From contig JBIPSI010000008.1 of NCBI GenBank assembly GCA_044070495.1, positions 64,001 to 128,000 of the forward strand: a stretch of DNA of 64,000 nucleotides. The letters run 5' to 3'. The first letter of the stretch is position 1. Each line of letters opens with the position of its first letter. The DNA is from Spirulina sp. (GTDB lineage Bacteria; Cyanobacteriota; Cyanobacteriia; Phormidesmidales; Phormidesmidaceae). Of the stretch, positions 40,031 to 49,714 are shown piece by piece. The notes beneath the pieces were generated by a model. It saw only the letters and a program-made list of their open reading frames with translations. It had not been told where the DNA came from and made no database searches. A program made the translations under genes and the position numbers.

Positions 40031-41533
40031 CTAGCCATTCAGCTTTTTGCTGAGCAGTTGATTGCTGAGCTTGGGATCCACTCGTCCGCCGCTTGCCTTC
40101 ATCAACTGGCCCACAAAGAAACCTTGCAGCTTTTTCTTGCCGCCCCGGTAGGCTTCCAGTTCTTCGGGGTGGGCGGCGAGGACTTCGTCTATCATCGCTT
40201 CGATCTGGGCCGGATCGGAAATTTGGCTGAGGCCGCGTTCCTCCACCATGGCCTGGGGAGAACCGCCCTGGGTGAGCAGTTCGGGCAGCAGGTCTTTGCC
40301 GATTTTGTTGCTGATGGTGCCCGCTTCGATCAGCTTCACCAGTTCTGCCAGCATCTCTGGCTTCAGGGGCAGTTCCTCAATCGTCAGCTTTTCGGAATTG
40401 AGGTAGGCCGCGATGTCTTGGGTGAGCCAGTTAGCGGTGAGCTTGGGGTCGGCCCCGGTAGCAACGGTAGCCTCAAAGAATTCCGCAATGCTGCGCTCGT
40501 CGCTGAGCACACGGGCATCGTAGGCGGAGAGGCCAAAGGCTTCCTCGTAGCGGCTGCGCTTTTGGGCAGGCAGTTCCGGCAGTTCCCCTTGCCACGCCTC
40601 TTTTTGCGCCACAGAAACCACAATCGGCGGCAGGTCAGGTTCCGGGAAGTAGCGGTAGTCGCTAGAGCCTTCCTTGGAGCGCATACTCTTGGTGCGCTGG
40701 GTGCTTTCGTCCCACAGGCGGGTTTCTTGGTGGATTTTCTCCCCCGCTTCGTTGGCCTTAATTTGGCGATCAATTTCGTACTCAATCGCCTTTTGGATGG
40801 CGCTGAAGGAGTTCATGTTTTTGATCTCCACCTTGGTGCCAAATTCCTTTTGGCCCACGGGACGCACGGAAATGTTCACGTCGCAGCGCAGGGAGCCTTC
40901 CTGCATGTTGCCGTCGCTGATGCCCAGGTAGCGGACGATGCGGCGCAGTTCTTGAGCATATTCGGCGGCTTCCTGTCCGGTGCGAATGTCCGGCTCCGAG
41001 ACGATTTCCACCAGGGGCACCCCGGCCCGGTTGTAGTCCACCAGGGAGTAGGTGGAACCCGCCAAACGGTCGCTGCCCGCGTGGACGAGCTTGCCCGCAT
41101 CCTCTTCCATGTGCAGCCTGGTGATGCCGATGCGCTTGCGGGTGGCTTCCTTGGTCTTCTTGTCGATCAGCTCAATCTCTAGCCAGCCGTGCTCGGCGAT
41201 GGGCAGGTCGTACTGGGAGATTTGGTAGTTCTTGGGCAGGTCGGGGTAGAAATACTGCTTGCGGTCAAACTTGGAGTAGGGGGCAATTTGGCAGTTCAGG
41301 GCCAGCCCCGCCTTGACGGCATACTCCAGCACCTTTTGATTCAGCACCGGCAGCACCCCAGGCATCCCCAGCACAATCGGGTCGATGTAGGTGTTGGGAT
41401 CGGCCCCAAAGGCGGTGGAGGCCGGAGAGAAAATCTTGGTCTCGGTACACAACTGGCAGTGGGTTTCTAGACCAATGATGGCCTCGTACTGGGTTTTGGC
41501 AGACTCGGTTTTGGCGGGGGCCGCAGTGGTCAT
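40031..41533 (-). CDS. gatB: Asp-tRNA(Asn)/Glu-tRNA(Gln) amidotransferase subunit B
   Basis: IIGLETHCQL, FDRKQYFYPDLPKNYQISQ, HMEEDAGK, GSLRCDVNIS, DYRYFPEPDL. Confidence 0.98.
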   Translation of the reverse strand: MTTAAPAKTESAKTQYEAIIGLETHCQLCTETKIFSPASTAFGADPNTYIDPIVLGMPGVLPVLNQKVLEYAVKAGLALNCQIAPYSKFDRKQYFYPDLPKNYQISQYDLPIAEHGWLEIELIDKKTKEATRKRIGITRLHMEEDAGKLVHAGSDRLAGSTYSLVDYNRAGVPLVEIVSEPDIRTGQEAAEYAQELRRIVRYLGISDGNMQEGSLRCDVNISVRPVGQKEFGTKVEIKNMNSFSAIQKAIEYEIDRQIKANEAGEKIHQETRLWDESTQRTKSMRSKEGSSDYRYFPEPDLPPIVVSVAQKEAWQGELPELPAQKRSRYEEAFGLSAYDARVLSDERSIAEFFEATVATGADPKLTANWLTQDIAAYLNSEKLTIEELPLKPEMLAELVKLIEAGTISNKIGKDLLPELLTQGGSPQAMVEERGLSQISDPAQIEAMIDEVLAAHPEELEAYRGGKKKLQGFFVGQLMKASGGRVDPKLSNQLLSKKLNG

Positions 41534-41679
41534 AAACCGCTCCAACAAACGATTGATTGCAATAGTCTGTCTATTGTAGCCCCGCCCCTGCCCTCTCCCC
41601 AAGAAGCTAGTCCCATGGTGGGTTTGACCTAGGGCCGATCCTAGCGAACTGCCACAATACCCAAAAGCCCTGCTTTGTC

Positions 41680-41745
41680 GTAGGTTGGGTGTAGCGAAGC
41701 GGAACCCAACACTCACCGAGGAGTCCGGCCTTGTTGGGTTCTAGC
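41680..41745 (+). repeat. REPIN-like GTAGGTTGGG element copy
   Basis: GTAGGTTGGGTGTAGCGAAGCGGAACCCAACACTCACCGAGGAGTCCGGCCTTGTTGGGTTCT. Confidence 0.75.
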
Positions 41746-41767
41746 ACTGTGATCCCCCATGGTTCTG

Positions 41768-42460
41768 TTAGGTTGGCTTTAGCTTTCCCTTGGCCTTCAA
41801 CCACTTCAAGGCTTCCCGCTGGCTGAGGGAGGCAAGGGCCGCTCCAGAAACAAAGTCCTGAACCGCCTCAGGGGCCGTCTTAGAATATTCCCGCAAGGCC
41901 CACCCAATGGCTTTTTGAATAAAGAACTCTGAGGAATCCTGATTTTCTTCCACCAAAGAGAAGAGCAATTGCGTATCGGTTTCTGCTTTATAGCCCAGTT
42001 GAAACAGTAGCGTGGTACGACGTAGCCACAGGTTGTCGCTTTGCCGCCATGGGTTAATCACCGCATCGCGATGGTTTGGATACTGACGCAACAGTTTGCC
42101 CACACCATGACTAGCCAGGGAGTCCACGGTATCCCACCAAGATTTAGTCGTAATTAGGTATTCCAGACAGGGCACAATGTCGGGCGTAAGGTGTTTTTGC
42201 TGTTTACCCAAAATCAATAGCGCTACATACTGATATTCCCGCGCTGGCCAACCCCAAAGATCTTTCACCACTGCTTCAATCTGATCGGGATTGGGTAACC
42301 CATACTCAGCCACAAACTGCTTAAACAGATCGGCCTGAGCGGGACTTTTAATGCCCAAAAACTCGAACTGATTTCGCATATACTTTTTCATCGGCTCCGC
42401 TTGATCCGGGTTGGCCGCTGCCTCAAATCGTGCTTTCAGGGGGGCTAGGTAAGTATTCAT
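41768..42460 (-). CDS. alkD: DNA alkylation repair protein (AlkD family)
   Basis: MKKYMRNQFEFLGIK, REYQY, SWWDTVDSLA, EFFIQKAIGWALREYSK. Confidence 0.9.
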   Translation of the reverse strand: MNTYLAPLKARFEAAANPDQAEPMKKYMRNQFEFLGIKSPAQADLFKQFVAEYGLPNPDQIEAVVKDLWGWPAREYQYVALLILGKQQKHLTPDIVPCLEYLITTKSWWDTVDSLASHGVGKLLRQYPNHRDAVINPWRQSDNLWLRRTTLLFQLGYKAETDTQLLFSLVEENQDSSEFFIQKAIGWALREYSKTAPEAVQDFVSGAALASLSQREALKWLKAKGKLKPT

Positions 42461-42705
42461 GCTCGCGACAGAACTCAAGCGACAGAACTTAGCTCAGCAT
42501 AGGCGACACCACCTCGCCTGTGTTGGTAATAAGGTAATTTGCCTCTCCAGGACATAACGTAGGCATCTAGGACCTCGCTTCGGCTGTCAACGACACAGGC
42601 AACGAAAATCTAGTGAAATAATCTGTTTAGCCATCCGCTGAATCAACTTTCTGAACCAGGGACAGGGACGATACTCAGACACCTAGTACAGCCGAAGACT
42701 ATGGT

Positions 42706-42840
42706 AAGTTTGTTCCTTTTTCCACCCGTATGATAGCTGCCATGAGAGCCCGTGAATCTAGTCGCGATGATCGGTTGTTTTATGCTCCCTTTGCAGCATT
42801 TCTCGCTGGCGAAGCCGCGTTTCAACGAATAGATCCTATG
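42706..42840 (+). pseudogene. N-terminal fragment of a SAM-dependent methyltransferase (LCM/TIGR00027-like)
   Basis: STRMIAAMRARESSRDDRLFYAPFAAFLAG resembles the A..RA.E....D.LF.DP.A..LAG N-terminus of that family. Similarity ends abruptly. Confidence 0.55.
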
Positions 42841-42978
42841 GGTGTAGATCATACGGGTAATGTATCCGTTCACAACGGTGCTGGGGTAAACCTCAGCGCC
42901 GCCGATATACTTGAAAATGAAGTACCGTTCGGCATTTAGGTTCCAATCAGGCTTTGTTGTACTGGGGAAAACCATCTC

Positions 42979-43704
42979 ATGATCGCCCCGCCCCCGAACG
43001 CCCCTGTTCTATTCCACGGTCGCCAGATCACCAAGACCTACCAGATGGGCGAGGTGGCGGTGCAGGCCCTACGCCAGGTGGATATCGATCTCTACGAAGG
43101 GGAGTTTGTGGTGCTGCTGGGGCCATCGGGCAGCGGCAAGTCTACGCTGCTGAACATCCTGGGCGGGCTAGATGTACCAACCAGCGGCGAGGTATTTTTT
43201 AAAACCCAAAACCTGACCGCAGGGGGAGATCGCCGCCTCACCCGCTTTCGTCGCGAGTCCATCGGTTTTGTCTTTCAGTTCTACAACCTCATCCCCAGCC
43301 TAACGGCCAAGGAAAACGTCGCCCTCGTCACCGATATCGCCCCCCACCCGATGCGGCCCGAGGTAGCCCTCGATCTGGTGGGCTTGGCTGACCGCCTCGA
43401 CCACTTTCCCTCCCAACTCTCCGGTGGACAGCAGCAGCGAGTAGCGATTGCCCGCGCCATTGCCAAACGCCCCGAAGTTCTCTTCTGCGACGAACCCACC
43501 GGGGCGCTCGACTTTACTACCGGCAAACTGGTGCTGGAGGTGCTAGCCCGCGTGAATCAAGACCTGGGCACCACCGTCGTGATCATCACCCACAACGCCG
43601 GGATTGGGGCCATGGGGGATCGCGTCATTACCATGCGCGACGGCCAGATCCACTCCGTAGAGCACCATCAGCGGCGGGCGAAGCCAGAGGAGTTGGAGTG
43701 GTGA
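42979..43704 (+). CDS. ABC transporter ATP-binding protein (LolD/MacB-like)
   Basis: [41 protein letters not shown]. Confidence 0.95.
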   Translation: MIAPPPNAPVLFHGRQITKTYQMGEVAVQALRQVDIDLYEGEFVVLLGPSGSGKSTLLNILGGLDVPTSGEVFFKTQNLTAGGDRRLTRFRRESIGFVFQFYNLIPSLTAKENVALVTDIAPHPMRPEVALDLVGLADRLDHFPSQLSGGQQQRVAIARAIAKRPEVLFCDEPTGALDFTTGKLVLEVLARVNQDLGTTVVIITHNAGIGAMGDRVITMRDGQIHSVEHHQRRAKPEELEW

Positions 43705-43722
43705 GCGACCAAAGATGCGAGG

Positions 43723-43780
43723 TAAACCCTTGAACCTTGAACCTTAGAACTTTGGAACCTTAGAACTTTGATCCCTGAAT
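43723..43780. repeat. Short 7/8-mer tandem repeat, TTGAACC-like
   Basis: TTGAACC TTGAACC TTAGAACT TTGGAACC TTAGAACT TTGATCC. Confidence 0.8.
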
Positions 43781-43792
43781 TCCCCCCTACCC

Positions 43793-46162
43793 ATGCGCTC
43801 CCTCCACCGTAAACTCCTCCGCGACCTCCGCAGCCTCCGAGGCCAGATAATCGCCATCGTACTGATCGTGGCCTGTGGCATAGCCAGTTTGGTAACCATG
43901 ACCAGCACCTACCAGTCGCTGCGGCTGTCCCAGGAGCAATACTACAGCCAGTACCGCTTTGGGGAGGTATTTGGGCAACTGCGACGGGCACCGGAGGGGG
44001 TGATGGGGCAGATTCAGGCGATACCGGGGGTAGGGCAGGCGCGATCACGGGTGGTGGAGACCGTCACCCTAGACGTGCCGGGGCTGGAGGATCCGGCCAC
44101 CGGGCGACTGATTTCCATGCCGGAGCAGCGCCAGCCCGTGCTCAACGACATTGCCCTCCAGTCGGGCCGCTATTTTCAGCCTGGGCGGGCCGACGAGGTG
44201 ATCGCCAGCCCCGCCTTTGTGGCGGCGAACCACCTAGCCCTGGGGGACGCCATCAGCGCGGTAATCAATGGCCGTTGGCAGACGCTGCGGATTGTGGGCA
44301 CGGCCCTGTCACCGGAGTACGTCTACGAGATCAGCGGCACCGAACTGTTGCCCGACAGTCAGCGGTTTGGGGTGTTTTGGATGGGGCGTGAGGCCCTGTC
44401 CACGGCCTTTGACCTGAACGGGGCCTTCAACGATGTGGTGCTAACCCTAACCCCAGGGGCCAACCAGCAGGCGGTGATCTTTCGCCTCGACCAGTGGCTA
44501 GCGCCCTACGGCGGACTGGGGGCCTACGGGCGCGAGAACCAGGTTTCCCACCGCTTTCTGGAGGACGATTTGCAGGGGCTCCAGGTGATGGCGCTGATTC
44601 TGCCGGTGATTTTCCTGGGCATTGCCGCCTTTTTGCTGAATATGGTGTTGGCCCGCCTGGTCGGCAGCCAGCGGGATCAAATTGCGGTGCTCAAGGCCTT
44701 TGGCTACCGCAACATCGAGGTAGGACTGCATTTTTTGCAGTTGGTGATGGTGGTAGTGGCCCTAGGGGCAGCGGTGGGCATCGGCCTGGGTCGCTGGTTG
44801 GGGGCGAGCTTCACCGAATTCTACACCCAGTACTACCAGTTTCCGGCAGTGCAGTACCGGGCTGGGTTGGGGCTGATGTTGGGGGCGGTGACGGTGAGCC
44901 TGATTGCGGCGCTGGTAGGAGCTTTCAATGCTGTGCGCGGTGTCGTGGCTCTGCCCCCCGCCGAGGCCATGCGGCCTGCCCCTCCGGCCAGCTTTCGGCC
45001 CACCCTATTGGAGCGACTGGGGTTTCAGCGCTGGCTCTCCCCCACCGGACGGATCATTCTGCGCAACCTGGAGCGTCGGCCCTGGCAGGCCATGCTGGCC
45101 ATCGTCGGCATTGCCCTGGCGGTAGCCATTCTGGTAGTGGGCGGCTACTTCGGTGATGCCATCGACCACATCCTGGCGGTGCAGTTCAACACGGTGCAGC
45201 GGGAAGACCTGACGATCAGCTTCACGCAACCCCTATCGGGCCGAGTGCGCCACGACCTCGCCCAACTGCCGGGGGTGCTGCGGGTGGAACCCTTCCGGGC
45301 GGTGCCGGTACGCCTGCGGTTCGAGCAGCGATCCCGTCTAGGTAGCATCACCGGGCTGTCAACCCCCAGCACCCTACGCCAGATGATCGACGCCGACCTG
45401 CGGGCAGTGCCCCTGCCCAGCAGCGGACTCGTGCTTAGCCAAACCCTGGCGGAGTTGCTGCATGTCCAGGTGGGAGACACCCTGACGGTGGAGGTGCTGG
45501 AGGGATCTCGCCCCACCCGCCCGGTGCCCGTCGTCGGACTGGTGAACGAGCTGGTGGGACTCTCCGCCTATATGGAAGTGAATGCCCTCAATGCCCTGAT
45601 GCAGGAGGCCCAGAGTTATTCCGGAGCCTACCTGCGGGTAGACTCCGAAGCCTTGCCCATCCTCTATCGCCAACTCAAGCGCACCCCCACCGTGGCCAGC
45701 GTCGCCCAACGCCAGACCGCCCTCGAGCAATTCAACGACACCGTGGGAGCCACCTCCGGGGCTATGAACACTGTCCTAATGCTGTTTGCCACCATCATCT
45801 CCGCCGGGGTGATCTATAATGCCGCCCGCATTGCCCTCTCCGAACGTAGCCGCGAACTGGCCACCCTACGCATCATCGGCTTCACCCAACGAGAGATCGC
45901 CTTCATTCTGCTAGGGGAACAGGGAGCGCTCACCCTGGCGGCGGTGCCCCTGGGCTGGGGGCTGGGCTACGCCATGGCCTGGGCCCTAAGCGAGTTCGCC
46001 GTCACCGACTCCGAGCTGTTTCGTCTGCCCTTTGTGATTCAGCCCGCCAGCTACCTGTTTGCCCTGGTCGTCACGGTGCTGGCGGCGATTGGCTCCGGTC
46101 TGCTCATCGCCCGCCAGTTGTACAGCCTGGACTTGGTAGCCGTATTGAAAACAAGGGAGTGA
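43793..46162 (+). CDS. ABC transporter permease (FtsX/MacB-like, duplicated)
   Basis: Two periplasmic plus FtsX modules, with IAVLKAFGY and ERSRELATLRIIG. Confidence 0.93.
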   Translation: MRSLHRKLLRDLRSLRGQIIAIVLIVACGIASLVTMTSTYQSLRLSQEQYYSQYRFGEVFGQLRRAPEGVMGQIQAIPGVGQARSRVVETVTLDVPGLEDPATGRLISMPEQRQPVLNDIALQSGRYFQPGRADEVIASPAFVAANHLALGDAISAVINGRWQTLRIVGTALSPEYVYEISGTELLPDSQRFGVFWMGREALSTAFDLNGAFNDVVLTLTPGANQQAVIFRLDQWLAPYGGLGAYGRENQVSHRFLEDDLQGLQVMALILPVIFLGIAAFLLNMVLARLVGSQRDQIAVLKAFGYRNIEVGLHFLQLVMVVVALGAAVGIGLGRWLGASFTEFYTQYYQFPAVQYRAGLGLMLGAVTVSLIAALVGAFNAVRGVVALPPAEAMRPAPPASFRPTLLERLGFQRWLSPTGRIILRNLERRPWQAMLAIVGIALAVAILVVGGYFGDAIDHILAVQFNTVQREDLTISFTQPLSGRVRHDLAQLPGVLRVEPFRAVPVRLRFEQRSRLGSITGLSTPSTLRQMIDADLRAVPLPSSGLVLSQTLAELLHVQVGDTLTVEVLEGSRPTRPVPVVGLVNELVGLSAYMEVNALNALMQEAQSYSGAYLRVDSEALPILYRQLKRTPTVASVAQRQTALEQFNDTVGATSGAMNTVLMLFATIISAGVIYNAARIALSERSRELATLRIIGFTQREIAFILLGEQGALTLAAVPLGWGLGYAMAWALSEFAVTDSELFRLPFVIQPASYLFALVVTVLAAIGSGLLIARQLYSLDLVAVLKTRE

Positions 46163-46167
46163 TGGGT

Positions 46168-46293
46168 TTGAACTTTGAACCTTGAACTTTGAACCTTGAA
46201 CTTTCAACTTTGAACTTTGAACTTTCAACTTTGAACCTTGAACTTTGAACTTGCAACTTTGAACCTTGAACTTTGAACTTTCAACTTTGAACG
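46168..46293. repeat. 18 tandem heptamers TT(G/C)AAC(T/C), STRR-like
   Basis: 126 bp that parse into 18 units of 7 nt. Confidence 0.95.
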
Positions 46294-46303
46294 GAGCTTC
46301 CCC

Positions 46304-47680
46304 ATGACCAGCCCCCAGGCCACCATCGATACCGAGACCAAACCCCGCCGGATACCCCGTTGGTCGCGCCACTGGCTCTACGCCATCGGTGGCCTGGGGC
46401 TAGCGGCACTGGTGGGCTATGTCCTGCGGCCCCAGCCGATTGCCGTGGATCTGGCAACGGTGGAGCGGGGCGAGTTGCAGGTGACGGTGAATGCCGAGGG
46501 CCAAACGCGGGTGCGGGATCGCTACACCATTGCCGCCGCCGTCGATGGCGAACTCCAGCGCATTGACCTACGGGCGGGGGATGCCGTAGATGCCGGGGCG
46601 GTGGTTGCCCGCCTCGATCCGCTACCCCTCAGCAGCCAAGTGAAGGCCACCCAGGCCCGCCGCCGCTCGGTGGAGGCCCAACTGGCCGGAGTGGACACCC
46701 AGCGGCCCAAGCCCGAAGCCCTAATGCAGGCAGAAACCCGGATTCGTGCCGCCCAGGCCCAGCAGGCCCAGGCCCAGGCCCAGGTGCGCGAGGCCCAGGC
46801 CACCCTGGTACAGGCCGAGCGAGATCGGGATCGGATGGCGACCCTAGAGCGGCAGGGGGCCATCGCCCGTCGCGATCTAGAGGCCATGGATCTGGCCGTC
46901 ACCCAGCGGCAGCAGGCTTTGGCCACCGCCCGCCAGCAGGTCAACGTCGCCCAAGCCGATGTGCAGGAGGCCCAGGCGACCCTGGAACGGATCACCGCTG
47001 AACAGCAGGATCCTGACTATTTACTAGAGGTGTATCGGGGGGAACTCGCCGCCCTGGATGCCGAACTGGCGAGTCTGGCCGACAACGCCCGCCGCGCCAC
47101 CATCAGCGCCCCCGCCGCTGGCAGGGTTCTAACGGTACTGGAACCCAGCGCCCGATTTGTGGCCGCAGGTACGCCCCTACTCACCCTAGGCGATCCCAAT
47201 AGCCTGGAATTGGTCATCGATATCCTCTCCACCGATGCGGTGCGGGTATCCCCTGGCAACCCCATCTACCTGGAGCGTTGGGGCGGTGAAGGTACCCTAC
47301 AGGCCACCGTGCGCCAGGTGGAGCCCGCCGCCTTCACCGAGGTCTCGGCCCTGGGCGTGGAGGAACAACGGGTGAATGTGATTGCTGACCTGACCGACCC
47401 TGCCATGGCCCTAGGAGATGGCTTTCGGGTGGATGCCCGCATTGTGGTGTGGCAAAGCGACAACGTACTGACGGTGCCCATCAGCGCCCTGTTCCGCTGC
47501 GATGCTGACTGGTGCACCTTTGTGGAGGAAAATGGTCGCGCCCAACGGCGACGGATAGACATCGGCCCCCGTAGCGATTTCGAGGCGGTTGTTACGGAGG
47601 GGCTAGCCGAGGGGGATCAGGTGATTCTCTACCCCGACGACCAGATCGAGCCAGGGGTACGGGTGCGGGGCAGAGGCTAA
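46304..47680 (+). CDS. Efflux membrane fusion protein (HlyD/MacA-like)
   Basis: N-terminal TM, lipoyl-like halves, long coiled coil, VSALGVEEQRVNV. Confidence 0.93.
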   Translation: MTSPQATIDTETKPRRIPRWSRHWLYAIGGLGLAALVGYVLRPQPIAVDLATVERGELQVTVNAEGQTRVRDRYTIAAAVDGELQRIDLRAGDAVDAGAVVARLDPLPLSSQVKATQARRRSVEAQLAGVDTQRPKPEALMQAETRIRAAQAQQAQAQAQVREAQATLVQAERDRDRMATLERQGAIARRDLEAMDLAVTQRQQALATARQQVNVAQADVQEAQATLERITAEQQDPDYLLEVYRGELAALDAELASLADNARRATISAPAAGRVLTVLEPSARFVAAGTPLLTLGDPNSLELVIDILSTDAVRVSPGNPIYLERWGGEGTLQATVRQVEPAAFTEVSALGVEEQRVNVIADLTDPAMALGDGFRVDARIVVWQSDNVLTVPISALFRCDADWCTFVEENGRAQRRRIDIGPRSDFEAVVTEGLAEGDQVILYPDDQIEPGVRVRGRG

Positions 47681-47717
47681 CAGGGTTGAGGCGGACGGGT
47701 TTTGCCAGATCAGGCCA

Positions 47718-48623
47718 TTAGCCCCGAAACTCGGAGGCCACAATCATGGAGCCGATGCCGAGGTCGGTGAAGATTTCGAGCAGCAGGGCGTGGGGAATGC
47801 GGCCATCGAGGATGTGGGCGGCTCCGACCCCTTGGGCCAGGGAGCGCACGCAGCAGTTCACCTTGGGAATCATGCCGCCGGAGACAATGCCCACGTCGAT
47901 GAGCTGGCGGGCCTTTTGGATATCCAGCTTGGGCAGCAGGGTGCCGGGGTCGGTGTAGTCCTCTAAAATTCCCTTGGTGTCGGTGAGCAGGATCAGCTTT
48001 TCGGCCCCTAGGGCGGCGGCAATTTCCCCAGCCACGGTGTCGGCATTGATGTTGTAGGCTTGGCCGTGTTCGTCCCTGGCCACGCTGGAAACAATGGGAA
48101 TGTAGCCCGCCTCCACCAGGGTCTTGATCACGCGGGAATCCACGCCGCTAACTTCGCCCACAAAGCCTACCCCCTCGGCCCCCTGGGGACGGGCGGTGAT
48201 CAGGTTGCCATCCACGCCGCACAGGCCCACGGCTTTGCCCCCGGCCTGGTTAATGAGGCCCACCAGTTCTTTGTTGACGCGGCCCACCAGCACCATTTCC
48301 ACTACGTCCATGGTGGGGGCATCGGTGACGCGCAGGCCGTCCTTAAACTGGGGTTCGATGTTCAGCTTGCCCAACCAGGTGTTGATCTCCGGGCCACCGC
48401 CATGCACCACCACCGGACGCAACCCCACGCAGGCCATAAACACAATGTCGCGGATCACGTCGGCCTTGAGGCTGCTGTCCTTCATGGCCGCGCCGCCATA
48501 CTTGACCACCACCGTGCGGCCCCGAAACTGCTGAATGTAGGGCAGGGCTTCGCTGAGGATCTGCACCCGTGTGGCCTCGGCGGCATGGATACCGTCGGCA
48601 CTGGAGGAAGAGGACTGAACCAT
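47718..48623 (-). CDS. argB: Acetylglutamate kinase
   Basis: [40 protein letters not shown]. Confidence 0.97.
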   Translation of the reverse strand: MVQSSSSSADGIHAAEATRVQILSEALPYIQQFRGRTVVVKYGGAAMKDSSLKADVIRDIVFMACVGLRPVVVHGGGPEINTWLGKLNIEPQFKDGLRVTDAPTMDVVEMVLVGRVNKELVGLINQAGGKAVGLCGVDGNLITARPQGAEGVGFVGEVSGVDSRVIKTLVEAGYIPIVSSVARDEHGQAYNINADTVAGEIAAALGAEKLILLTDTKGILEDYTDPGTLLPKLDIQKARQLIDVGIVSGGMIPKVNCCVRSLAQGVGAAHILDGRIPHALLLEIFTDLGIGSMIVASEFRG

Positions 48624-48663
48624 AGGGCTAGGGCGATAGGAATGATAGGCTCTCGCTAGTGTA

Positions 48664-49227
48664 TCAATTGAGCTGGGCCGAGGGCGCATCCGCCCGTAGT
48701 CTTTCGTCAACAAGGCTTAAAATTTGCGCGGCGATGGCCTCCACGCTGTCCTCCGTCCCCACGGGCACCCGCACATCCGCCTGGGCATAGAGGGGCTGGC
48801 GCTGCTCCACCAAATCCGCCAGGGTTTGCCGCCAGTCGGGCCGTTGCAGCAGGGGCCGTCCCGTTTCCCCCGATAGGCGCTGCTCTAGCACCGCCAGGGG
48901 CACATCCAGCCACACCACAATGCCGTGGTGCAGATAGCTCCAGTTTTGCCGCTGGGTAACCATGCCGCCCCCCGTGGCAATCACCAGCCGCCGATAGGCC
49001 GAGAGCTGCGCCAACACCTCCGTTTCCTGCCGCCGAAAGGCCGCTTCCCCAGCTTCGGCGAACATTTCAGGAATCGTTCGCCCCGCCGCCGCCTCTAGCA
49101 CCGCATCGGTATCAAAAAACTGATAGGCCAAGGCCTGAGCCAGGGCGGTTCCGGTGCTGCTTTTGCCCGCCCCCATCATGCCAACGAGGTAGAGATTGGT
49201 GCCTTGGAGTCGTTCGGTAAGGGTCAT
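48664..49227 (-). CDS. aroK: Shikimate kinase
   Basis: [30 protein letters not shown]. Confidence 0.96.
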   Translation of the reverse strand: MTLTERLQGTNLYLVGMMGAGKSSTGTALAQALAYQFFDTDAVLEAAAGRTIPEMFAEAGEAAFRRQETEVLAQLSAYRRLVIATGGGMVTQRQNWSYLHHGIVVWLDVPLAVLEQRLSGETGRPLLQRPDWRQTLADLVEQRQPLYAQADVRVPVGTEDSVEAIAAQILSLVDERLRADAPSAQLN

Positions 49228-49559
49228 GGGGAATCGATAAATGGGATGGGGGGTTAGGGCGCACTGCTAGGCGTCCGTAAGGCCAGTTGGGGTATCCCGG
49301 CAATTTTGCCAGCGGCGCCCAGGGTGACAAGCTCCTGTTGAAATAGGGCCACTGCGACCGCTTTCAGACAGTCTACCTCTGACAACGCATGGCCCCCTGC
49401 AAGGCTATCAGAAATCTCTAGGGTAATTTTCATGGCGTGGCGAGGCCGGTTTGAGCATCGTAGACCAGAGGAACACGGTCTAATACTAAATCCTACTTAG
49501 CTAACCCCGATTCCCCGATGGTGCATTGCGGCTAATCAAGGTGGTCAGGGCGTCGCCAG

Positions 49560-49678
49560 GTAGGGGATAGCCGCGAATGCCCCCTACGATTCTGCCTTTT
49601 GGGAATCGGGGTTATGGGATTCGGAGAAGATTTGGGGCTTGTTGGTTCTGCTATCGCGCCACCCAACCTACTTTGGAG
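49560..49678. repeat. REP-like hairpin plus half of a REPIN-like element
   Basis: GTAGGGG...CCCCTAC at 49560-49588, and GGGCTTGTTGGTTCTGCTATCGCGCCACCCAACCTACTTTGGAG. Confidence 0.65.
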
Positions 49679-49714
49679 ATGGGGCAGGCAATCAGGGGCT
49701 AGAGTCCATGGTTC

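Noticed and set aside
40058..41182. 374-aa plus-strand ORF and many similar long antisense ORFs
   Set aside because: Shadow frames of GC-rich real genes (here gatB) with no protein motifs.
41534..41716. N-terminal extension of gatB in the ORF track, and similar extensions of gdhA, glmM, argB and ndhP
   Set aside because: The extensions come from upstream alternative starts, here inside a repeat. Family similarity begins at the downstream ATG.
46168..46293. Possible CRISPR array
   Set aside because: Contiguous 7-mers without unique spacers, and no cas genes.
45986..46372. 128-aa minus-strand ORF with FKVQSSK repeats
   Set aside because: Translation artefact of the heptamer array, antisense to real genes.
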